Position numbers and translations under genes: made by a program
DNA from: a virus
Virus record (IMG/VR): IMGVR_UViG_3300008113_005947
Coordinates: 1 to 64,000 of that record
Direction: 5' to 3' (one strand)
DNA: 64,000 nucleotides
Notes under the pieces: model-generated
The model's database searches: none
What the model saw: only the letters and a program-made list of their open reading frames with translations
Told to the model about the DNA's origin: nothing
Part shown: piece after piece, positions 49,739-59,052 of the stretch
How positions within the stretch are numbered: position 1 is the stretch's first letter
Layout: each line of letters starts with the position of its first letter

Positions 49739-52700
49739 GTACCGTCCCCCAGTTGTCCATTGCTGTTGTTACCAAATGTATATACTGAACCATCAGATTT
49801 TTCTATTATGTTATGATTGTATCCAGCACTTATTAGTGTATAACTAGAACTACTAATTTGCACTGGACTACTTCTATTTATCGTAGAAGAATCGCCGACT
49901 TGTCCATTTACATTGTAACCCCAAGCAAATAACAATCCTGAGGAATTTTTTGCTAAACTATGATTTTCTCCTGAACTTACACTACTCCAACTATCTGTAC
50001 CTATCTGTACGGGACTACTTCTATAATAATTACCATAATCAACTGATCCAATTTGTACTGGACTGCTTGCGTTGGCTGCGGCAACAAATGACATACCGGC
50101 TAATTTATACTGTACACCGTATGTATTTGTATTGTTTTGTCCCAATTGACCGGTAGTATTTAATCCTGATGCTACCATCTTATAACCTAATACAGGATCA
50201 TTAGACATAACTGCTGTTATATGTGAACCACCTGATGCTAGTAGGGTAAAGTTATATGTGCTTAATTGTACTGGACTAATTCTATCCGTAGTACTTCCAT
50301 CTGATAATATTGAACTTGAACCACCATTGGATCCCCATGCAAACAAGCTATTATTAGATAAGATACCATATGCAAAAGAATAACCTGCAGATACAGTACT
50401 CCAATTACTGTTACCTACCTGTGTAGGACTACTTCTATTTTGAAGTAAAGAAATTTGTACTGAGTTTATTGATCCTAGTTGTACTGGACTGCTACGATTT
50501 ACGTTTTGATTATCACCTAATGAAACCCATCCAGCTGAGTTGAAACCCCATGACCAAACTAGTTCTTGATTTTGTGCTGTAGCGCCTGATATCGTTGTTG
50601 TAGCAAAGGTACTATCATATCCTAAAGATAATTTACTCCAAATAATTAAAGGTAAGTTGCCAACCCATGATGAAATTATTTGCACAGGACTACTACGTGA
50701 TACAGTTGTAAAATCTCCTAGTTGTCCTTCATTATTACGACCCCACATCCACAGTACACCACTTGTTGATATAGCACCTGAATGTGAACTTCCTGCAGAA
50801 ATAACAGACCAGCTACCTGCAATTTGTACCGGGCTACTACGTGATATAGTAGTATTATCTCCCAATTGGCCAGTACTATTACTTCCCCATGACCATAGTG
50901 TATTATCAGTTTTCAATCCTAATGCATGTGTTGTTGGGGTGACAAATCCTGTAAAGTTAGAAGCATTTATCTGAGTCCAACTACCTGGTATTTGACTAGG
51001 TGTATATTCAATATATCCTGTTGACAATTGTACTGGACTACTTTTGTTAATAACGGTATTATCTCCTAATTGACCAACACTATTTGATCCTACTGTAAAT
51101 ATTGACCCTGATGAATTTCTAAATGCGGCATATGAACTTCTCACCGATACAATAGTATTGTTAGTTGAAGAACCTACTTGTCTTGGTTGGAATTGGGTGC
51201 GGCTGGCCAGTGCAAAGTTATTTCCTGTTTGACCAACATTATTACTTCCCCATGACCATAATGTACCATCTGTCTTAACAGCAAATTGATTGTTCACACT
51301 AAAATTGTCATTACCGAAACCTACTTGTGTCCATGAACCTGCAATTTGTACTGGAATAGGTTGAAACATAGATAACGATAAAACGCCGGACCACACTGCA
51401 CCTGTGATTGACTTATTAGTAAGAGTTAAATCACCTAATTGACCTGTTGTGTTAAGTCCCCAAGCCCACATTTTTCCAGTTGGTTCGTTTGAAACTAGTA
51501 TATAGTTTCTTTCAAAACCACTGAACAGTTGTATAAATGAGGCGCTGTTGGCAGTATTTAAACTAAGTAGCTGTACAGGGCTACTACGACTAACTGTTGA
51601 TGAATCACCTACTTGACCACTATTATTTCTACCCCAAGCAAATACTAGATAGTCTGTCCTTACTGCTGTAGTAGAACGGTCTGTAGTTGCCAATGTAATC
51701 CAACTAGCGTCAGTTCTCACTTGTACTGGACTACTACGATGCACTGTGTCATTAAGTACTCCTAATTCTCCGTTGTTGTTAGCACCCCATGCAAATAATT
51801 GTCCTAATGTATTTAAATATGCAAATCCATTAGCATACGGACGCATTTGTGATACGTTTGCAAAACCTGATGTAACTTGTACCGGGCTACTACGATTCAC
51901 GGTAGTATTTGATGCAAGCTGTCCAAGACTATTACTACCCCAAGTCCAATATGTACCATCGTTTTTCAATGCCATACTCATTGCGGCACCGCCCCAGATA
52001 TTTGTCCAGGTACCTGCAAGTTGCACTGGACTACTTCTACTGGCAGTAGAACTATCACCTAACTGACCGTTACTATTAATTCCCCATGCCCATAATGTAC
52101 CATCTGTCTTAATAGCTAACATATGAAAGTTTGACCTGCCTGTCATAAGAACAGACCAACTACCGGCTATTTGAGTTGGGCTACTACGTGATATAGTATC
52201 ACTTTGACCTAATTGACCATCGGTATTACTACCCCATGCCCATAATGTAGCGTCATCTTTTATACCAAAAGATGCACTGTTTGGTGCGTTTGTATTAGCA
52301 CCTGCAACTAGGGTCCATCTTCTTACTCCACCTGCTGTAAGTACAATAGGACTAGATTTAGTAACTATGGTGTTATCTCCTAATGCACCAGCAGTACCTA
52401 ATCCATACATGTATAATGTATTATCCCCCCTTAGAGCCATAGTATGACTATCTGAACCGGCTATTTGTGTGAAGCTATAAGTAATTCCCAATGCCTGATA
52501 TTCGTTATATCCCCATACCCATAATGTACTATCTGATTTAATTGCCGCACTACTGTACTGTCCTGCAGTGACTTGTGTAAAACTAGAACCAACTTCTAAT
52601 TGAATTGGTCTAGGAGCCCACAATCTATAAACAACATTGTTACTAATAGTGAAGGGATATAATGTTGTGCTACCCAGATAATAATTACCTGCCGCAGATA

Positions 52701-55700
52701 CCTGTACCGGGCTACTACGATTTATTGTAGTGTTGGTGCCCATAGCTCCTATTGAACCATTACCCCAAGTCCATGCAATACCATTATTATCGACACCGGT
52801 AATTGTTTGTGCGCCTTGAGATGAGAATGTATATGATATTGGGGTTCCTATACCTGTGCCCGGACTTCCCGATTGTGTATAAACGAAATTGGTAGCTATC
52901 TGTACTGGACTGCTACGTGAAACGGTAGTGTTGTCACCCACAAGTCCAAGACTTGTACTCCAGCCCCAACCATGTAATGCTAATGATGCTTTGTTTGATG
53001 AATATTGAACACCAAAGAATCCTCCGTTATTTGTACCACTACTCTGGTCTGCGTATCCATAAACCTGAGTCCAGCTGTTAGCACCTATTTGTACTGGACT
53101 ACTTCTAGCTACTGTATCATTTTGTCCACAAGATCCATTAGTGTTTACGCCCCATGCAAATAATCTTCCAACACTATCAATTGCTGCCATGCCACCTTGT
53201 GTTGTAGCAACTGCACTCCATGTACTAGCACCTATTTGTACAGGACTACTACGGTTTACTGTATCATTCAACCCTAAACCACCTGCACCATTCGCCCCAC
53301 TGTTAAGTCCCCAAGACCATAATGTGCCACCGGTTTTAATTCCTAAAGCCATATCTCGTTTAATACTGATAGTAACCCAACTACCAGGCACTTGTACAGG
53401 ACTGCTACGATTAACAGTATCATTTAAACCTAACACACCTGATGTGTTTAACCCCCACATATACAATCTACCATCATTAGTTATTGCGGCAGTTACTTCA
53501 CCAACTTGTGATGTTGTAAAGAAATTGAAAGTTAATCCTGTTGTCCCTGCTACTTGAACTGGACTACTTCTAGCGACAGTAGTTAAATCTCCTATTTCTC
53601 CATTGGTATTACTTCCCCAACTCCACAGTGTACCGTTTGATTTCATAGCATGTGTAGTTGACGTTGTTGTGTTATATCCTGCACTTTCTGATTTTACCCA
53701 TAGATTATCTGTTGCAGTTCCTAGAATACCTGGAATGTTATTATCAGCAGTACTATTATTACCCATTTGACCAAAGTTATTTCGTCCCCAAGTCCATAGA
53801 TATCCGTCATTTGTAACTCCTGATCCAGCACCATATGTTAGCCAATGTTGTCTAAGGGCTGTTCCGCCAGTTAACTGCAATAATCCATTATTGCCCCAAC
53901 CATACAATTGTCCTGTTGTTCTTAGTGCAAGTGTATGTGATGTACCCGGTGCCACTTGACTCCAATTTGTAATACTACTAGCTACTTGTACTGGACTACT
54001 TCTATTAATAGTAGTACCGTCACCAACAGCATATAAAGTATTAGCACCCCAGGCCCATAATGTACCGTCAGTTTTTATAGCATAAGTTACTTCAAATCCA
54101 GCTGACACATAAGTATAACTACCTGCAACTTGTACCGGACTAAGATAAGTTGTAGTATTATTTTGACCTAATTGACCTGAATTATTTTTGCCCCAAGTAA
54201 ATAATCTCCCTGAAGCGTCAATTGCCGCAACATGGCTCCAACCAGTTGCTACGCTAGTCCAACTACTATTTCCTATTTGTAGTGGATATGAAATATTAGT
54301 AGAGGGAAGAGCGTCACCAAAGCCTAATTGACCAATATTGTTGTTCCCCCAAGAAAATAATTTACCATCACTACGTATTGCTATCATAAATCCAGTATTG
54401 TCTGCACTATTTGCACCGGCACTTATTGTAGTCCATGAATATGTTGTTGATAGACTTCTTCCTAATTGTCCAAAGTCATTTGCTCCCCAACTCCATAATG
54501 TACCGTCGGCTTTTAATGCTAACGTAAAATTAGATCCTACACTTATTGCAGTCCATGAACTAGTGCCTATTTGTACAGGGCTTGAAAGTAATTGAGTTGC
54601 GTATATATCGGTTCCAAATTGACCGTAAATATTATTACCCCAAGCCCATAATGTATTATCACTCTTAATAGCCAATGAAGTGAAACCACCATAACCAGAA
54701 GATACGGATAACCATGAACTATTACCTATTTGTATAGGATTACTTCTTGCTATAGCACTACCGCCTGTATTATCACCTAATTGACCATACCGATTATCAC
54801 CCATAGAATATAATTTATCATTTTGATTAATCAATAGCGATGATAATCCACCACCGGATACGTCTTTAAAAAATAATGATCCGGCTTGTACAGCCGTAAC
54901 TACGGAATTGGCAACAGTACCTAATCCTAATTGACCATTGGCATTATTACCCCATGCAAATGTTGCATAATCTTCTCTTATTGCAAATCCGTTATAATAG
55001 CCACCTGCTACTAGTTTTCTAATAGTTGATACATATCCCAATTGTCCAACAGTATTAGAACCCCATGTAAATAATTTACTAGTAGTTGTAATTCCTGTAC
55101 TAAAATCAACTCCAGCAGATACTACACTCCAACTGCTACTACCTATTTGTAGGGGATTATTTATTGTACTATAACTTAGTGATCCAACTTGTACTGGACT
55201 ACTACGGTTTACGTTAGTATTATCACCTACAGAACCATTTGCGTTTGAGCCCCAAGCAAAAAATCTACCAGCAGTATCAATTGCCGATGATACAAAATTA
55301 TTACATGCTACAGCTGACCATGTGCTTGCACCAACTTGTACAGGGCTACTACGACTAATCGTAGTGTTTTGACCTAGTTGACCCCCATCATTTCTGCCCC
55401 ATGACCATAAGAAATAACTAGAATCTAATGCTATTGTAAGTGAAAGACCTAATCCAAGTTTATACCACGTTTTGCCAACACCTGCTTGAACAGGACTACT
55501 TTTGTTAATAGTGGTACTATCACCTATTTGACCAAAATTATTATATCCCCAAATCCATAATGTATTATCAGATTTAATACCACCTGATATGCCGTTTCCT
55601 GCAGTTATACTAGTCCAATTACCTGAAATTTGTACTGGACTACTACGTGCGGCAGTAGTACCATCACCTATCTGGCCAAATGTATTATTGCCCCATGCCC

Positions 55701-58700
55701 ATAATGTATTGTCTGCTTTTCTTGCTAAAAATGTTCTTCCACCTGCGGCGCTGTTTGCTCCTTTGCCTCCTACTACCTCTACAAAAGTAGTTCCGGCAAG
55801 TACTTGTACCGGGCTACTACGAGTGACTGTGGTTGCACCATTGTCGCCATATATACCACCAAACCATTGACCCCATACATATATAGTATTATCTGTTTTT
55901 ATACCTAACGTAGTTTCGGCAGTTACTGCAACAATAGACCAACTGCCACCACCGGATACCTGTACAGGACTGCTTCTATAAGTTACAGTATTATCACCCA
56001 ACTGTGCGTTACTGTTTGCGCCCCATCCCCATAATGTTCCGTCTGACTTGATTCCGAATGTGAAATAATCAACAGGGAATACACCTTCACCGCTAGCTAC
56101 TATCATAGTCCAACTACCTGCAACTTGTACTGGGCTACTTCTACGAATAGTAGTGTTATCTCCTAGTGACCCGCTAGGATTATTATCTCCCCACATAAAT
56201 AATTGTCCGGCACCGACAGTATCTGATAAAATATATCCATTAGTATTGCCGCCGCCTACTAACAACATTGATATAGTTTTTGGAGTATTATATCCCACTT
56301 GTCCAGTATCATTCTTACCCCAAGCATACAGTTTACTAGTGTTATCTATTGCAAGTACATGTGACGCTCCTGCACTTACACTAGTCCAAGATTTAGCACC
56401 AAGTTGAATAGGTACACTACGTGTTACTGTATCTCCTTGACCCAATTGATATACAGAATTAAGACCCCAGGTAAATAATCTACTAGAAGTATCAATGGCA
56501 CTACTATAACTTAATGAAGCTGATATTTTAATGAACTCGTTAGAATACCCATTGGATAAAAATATAGGACTTGACCGTGCTACAGTATCACCTAAACCCA
56601 ATGCACCAAATGTATTATTACCCCATACATACAGTTTATTCTGTCCATCACGTATCATCATAGAGCCACGATTGATATATGCTTCTTTTAAATTTCCAGT
56701 AAAAGGCAATGCAACAACACTACTTCCTATTTGCACAGGGCTACTAGTATTAGCACCCGAAGATGTTATTAAGCTGTTACTTGTGTTTGTGCCCCAGCCC
56801 CAAATTGTATTATCGCTTCTTCTTGCTAGTGCTGTTCCACCACCACTAGCGTTTAATGTACCCTGTAAATCAACCCATCTATTATCTGCAATTGTTCCTA
56901 ATTGTACCGGACTACTTTTATTAACTATGTCACCTAATCCTAAAACACCGGTGGCGCCTTGACCCCATGTGAATATGTATCCGTTACCTATTGCACCTGC
57001 TGAATATTCACCTAAATTAGTAACACCAGTAAATGTTATATTACTGAAAGGTGTAGCTACTTGTACAGGACTACTACGAGATAATGTAGTGCCATCACCT
57101 ATTGTACCGTATGTTTGGTTTCCGCCCCAACCATATATTACGTTGTTAGTATCACTAGCAATGAAGGCAGCATTAGATGAAAATCCAAATCCATTAACTG
57201 GACCTATAATATAATTCCAGTTAGTTGATGTTCCCACCTGTACAGGACTTGATTTAGTAACAGTAGTACCATCACCCAACAATCCACCATCTCCATATCC
57301 CCATGTCCATAATGTTCCGTCAGTTTTTATTGCCGCGCTTGAACTTATTCCTGCCGCTATAACAGAAAAATCACTTAATGATAATACTTGAGTTGGGCTA
57401 CTGCGTGAGACAGTACTAGTTAATCCTAATTGCCCTACGTTATTCATTCCCCAACCCCAAATTTTATTACCAGTAAGCGCAAGTATATGACGCCATCCTG
57501 TAACTACCTGGCTAAATGAAGATAATCCTACACCAACACCTCCATTTAATTGCACTGGACTTGATTTACTAACAGTAGTACCATCACCTATTTTTCCATC
57601 ACCACCATTACCCCATACAAATAATAATCCACCTACTTTTATACCTACTGTAAAGGCATTGCCTGCACCTAATGCATTATAACCATATACACTAGTCCAA
57701 CTACCTGCAATTTGCACTGGACTACTACGTGATACAGTAGTACCATCACCTAACTGACCCTGGTTATTATCACCCCATAAGAATAATCTACTATCTGTTG
57801 TTATTGCCCCATACACACCTTTAGTAAGACTAGCCCAATTAGTATTAGTACCTAGTTGTACAGGACTACTGCGACTAATTGTAGTTCCATCACCTAAATA
57901 CCCCGCACTATTAAATCCCCAGGCCCATAATGTGCCATCATTTCTGATAGCCATGACTGCACCTGATACTACTGATACAGCGGACCATAAAGTACCACTA
58001 TTAATTTGTATAGGACTGCTACGTGATACCGTAGAGCCATCACCAAAAGTTCCTTCAGCATTTCTTCCCCAACCCCACAGTGAGCCACCGCTTAAAAAGA
58101 ATGTAGTTGTGTCTGTTGTTAAACTTGCAGTGTTTACGTTATAACTTAATTTAACGCCTATTTGTACTGGGCTACTTCTACGAATAGTAGCACTATTGTC
58201 ACCAACTTGCCCAAAATCATTAAATCCCCAACCCCACAATGAGTTATCACTTTTGATACCATATCTATTATATGCAGTATAGGCAATAGTTGGTATATAG
58301 TTCCAAGTACCAGCTAATTGCGTTGGCGCACTACGACTTGCTGTTGAAGTATCTCCAACTTGTCCATATATATTATTTCCCCATGCAAAGTATACACCGG
58401 TATTAGTAAGTGCTGTGCCTGCACTAATTTGAGTAATACTTAAGGCAGCAAAAGTTGCAATTTGTACTGGACTACTTTTTGCTACAGTCGTACTATCTCC
58501 AATCGCTCCGCTAGAGTTGCTTCCCCAAGCCCAAAGATTACCATTACCTGTAGTCAGTGCATATGTGGTGTCCTCCATTGTTTTTGCTACTAATGCCCAT
58601 GAAGTTAATGCACCAACTTGGACAGGACTACTTCTATTAATTGTATCTCCTAACCCGAGTTGTCCTGCATTATTATATCCCCATGTCCATAATGTACCAT

Positions 58701-59052
58701 CACTTTTAACTGCGGCGCCGTGAAAGCCACCACCACCTATTGACACCCAGTAAGGTGCAAAAATTTGTATTGGGCTTAATCTAGTTGTATTAGTACCATC
58801 ACCTACTTGGAAGGCTGCATTACCGCCCCATCCCCATAATGTATAATCAGACCTGATTCCCAAAGTATGATTCGCTCCGGCACTTACATTAAGCCAACTT
58901 GATGTACCTAGTTGTATTGGACTTGATTTACTAGCAGTGGTATTATCACCTAATTGTCCTGATGTGTTATCCCCCCAGGCCCACAAGGTGCCGTCACTTC
59001 TGACTGCCATACTATGAGAAGATCCGTTACTAATAGTTGTCCAACTTAACAT
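49735..59052 (-). CDS. Giant RCC1/BLIP-II repeat protein (3105 aa)
   Basis: Same repeat, about 58 units by manual count. ATG overlaps the upstream stop (TAATG) and its TGA overlaps the downstream ATG (ATGA). Confidence 0.9.
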   Translation of the reverse strand: MLSWTTISNGSSHSMAVRSDGTLWAWGDNTSGQLGDNTTASKSSPIQLGTSSWLNVSAGANHTLGIRSDYTLWGWGGNAAFQVGDGTNTTRLSPIQIFAPYWVSIGGGGFHGAAVKSDGTLWTWGYNNAGQLGLGDTINRSSPVQVGALTSWALVAKTMEDTTYALTTGNGNLWAWGSNSSGAIGDSTTVAKSSPVQIATFAALSITQISAGTALTNTGVYFAWGNNIYGQVGDTSTASRSAPTQLAGTWNYIPTIAYTAYNRYGIKSDNSLWGWGFNDFGQVGDNSATIRRSSPVQIGVKLSYNVNTASLTTDTTTFFLSGGSLWGWGRNAEGTFGDGSTVSRSSPIQINSGTLWSAVSVVSGAVMAIRNDGTLWAWGFNSAGYLGDGTTISRSSPVQLGTNTNWASLTKGVYGAITTDSRLFLWGDNNQGQLGDGTTVSRSSPVQIAGSWTSVYGYNALGAGNAFTVGIKVGGLLFVWGNGGDGKIGDGTTVSKSSPVQLNGGVGVGLSSFSQVVTGWRHILALTGNKIWGWGMNNVGQLGLTSTVSRSSPTQVLSLSDFSVIAAGISSSAAIKTDGTLWTWGYGDGGLLGDGTTVTKSSPVQVGTSTNWNYIIGPVNGFGFSSNAAFIASDTNNVIYGWGGNQTYGTIGDGTTLSRSSPVQVATPFSNITFTGVTNLGEYSAGAIGNGYIFTWGQGATGVLGLGDIVNKSSPVQLGTIADNRWVDLQGTLNASGGGTALARRSDNTIWGWGTNTSNSLITSSGANTSSPVQIGSSVVALPFTGNLKEAYINRGSMMIRDGQNKLYVWGNNTFGALGLGDTVARSSPIFLSNGYSNEFIKISASLSYSSAIDTSSRLFTWGLNSVYQLGQGDTVTRSVPIQLGAKSWTSVSAGASHVLAIDNTSKLYAWGKNDTGQVGYNTPKTISMLLVGGGNTNGYILSDTVGAGQLFMWGDNNPSGSLGDNTTIRRSSPVQVAGSWTMIVASGEGVFPVDYFTFGIKSDGTLWGWGANSNAQLGDNTVTYRSSPVQVSGGGSWSIVAVTAETTLGIKTDNTIYVWGQWFGGIYGDNGATTVTRSSPVQVLAGTTFVEVVGGKGANSAAGGRTFLARKADNTLWAWGNNTFGQIGDGTTAARSSPVQISGNWTSITAGNGISGGIKSDNTLWIWGYNNFGQIGDSTTINKSSPVQAGVGKTWYKLGLGLSLTIALDSSYFLWSWGRNDGGQLGQNTTISRSSPVQVGASTWSAVACNNFVSSAIDTAGRFFAWGSNANGSVGDNTNVNRSSPVQVGSLSYSTINNPLQIGSSSWSVVSAGVDFSTGITTTSKLFTWGSNTVGQLGYVSTIRKLVAGGYYNGFAIREDYATFAWGNNANGQLGLGTVANSVVTAVQAGSLFFKDVSGGGLSSLLINQNDKLYSMGDNRYGQLGDNTGGSAIARSNPIQIGNSSWLSVSSGYGGFTSLAIKSDNTLWAWGNNIYGQFGTDIYATQLLSSPVQIGTSSWTAISVGSNFTLALKADGTLWSWGANDFGQLGRSLSTTYSWTTISAGANSADNTGFMIAIRSDGKLFSWGNNNIGQLGFGDALPSTNISYPLQIGNSSWTSVATGWSHVAAIDASGRLFTWGKNNSGQLGQNNTTTYLSPVQVAGSYTYVSAGFEVTYAIKTDGTLWAWGANTLYAVGDGTTINRSSPVQVASSITNWSQVAPGTSHTLALRTTGQLYGWGNNGLLQLTGGTALRQHWLTYGAGSGVTNDGYLWTWGRNNFGQMGNNSTADNNIPGILGTATDNLWVKSESAGYNTTTSTTHAMKSNGTLWSWGSNTNGEIGDLTTVARSSPVQVAGTTGLTFNFFTTSQVGEVTAAITNDGRLYMWGLNTSGVLGLNDTVNRSSPVQVPGSWVTISIKRDMALGIKTGGTLWSWGLNSGANGAGGLGLNDTVNRSSPVQIGASTWSAVATTQGGMAAIDSVGRLFAWGVNTNGSCGQNDTVARSSPVQIGANSWTQVYGYADQSSGTNNGGFFGVQYSSNKASLALHGWGWSTSLGLVGDNTTVSRSSPVQIATNFVYTQSGSPGTGIGTPISYTFSSQGAQTITGVDNNGIAWTWGNGSIGAMGTNTTINRSSPVQVSAAGNYYLGSTTLYPFTISNNVVYRLWAPRPIQLEVGSSFTQVTAGQYSSAAIKSDSTLWVWGYNEYQALGITYSFTQIAGSDSHTMALRGDNTLYMYGLGTAGALGDNTIVTKSSPIVLTAGGVRRWTLVAGANTNAPNSASFGIKDDATLWAWGSNTDGQLGQSDTISRSSPTQIAGSWSVLMTGRSNFHMLAIKTDGTLWAWGINSNGQLGDSSTASRSSPVQLAGTWTNIWGGAAMSMALKNDGTYWTWGSNSLGQLASNTTVNRSSPVQVTSGFANVSQMRPYANGFAYLNTLGQLFAWGANNNGELGVLNDTVHRSSPVQVRTDASWITLATTDRSTTAVRTDYLVFAWGRNNSGQVGDSSTVSRSSPVQLLSLNTANSASFIQLFSGFERNYILVSNEPTGKMWAWGLNTTGQLGDLTLTNKSITGAVWSGVLSLSMFQPIPVQIAGSWTQVGFGNDNFSVNNQFAVKTDGTLWSWGSNNVGQTGNNFALASRTQFQPRQVGSSTNNTIVSVRSSYAAFRNSSGSIFTVGSNSVGQLGDNTVINKSSPVQLSTGYIEYTPSQIPGSWTQINASNFTGFVTPTTHALGLKTDNTLWSWGSNSTGQLGDNTTISRSSPVQIAGSWSVISAGSSHSGAISTSGVLWMWGRNNEGQLGDFTTVSRSSPVQIISSWVGNLPLIIWSKLSLGYDSTFATTTISGATAQNQELVWSWGFNSAGWVSLGDNQNVNRSSPVQLGSINSVQISLLQNRSSPTQVGNSNWSTVSAGYSFAYGILSNNSLFAWGSNGGSSSILSDGSTTDRISPVQLSTYNFTLLASGGSHITAVMSNDPVLGYKMVASGLNTTGQLGQNNTNTYGVQYKLAGMSFVAAANASSPVQIGSVDYGNYYRSSPVQIGTDSWSSVSSGENHSLAKNSSGLLFAWGYNVNGQVGDSSTINRSSPVQISSSSYTLISAGYNHNIIEKSDGSVYTFGNNSNGQLGDGT

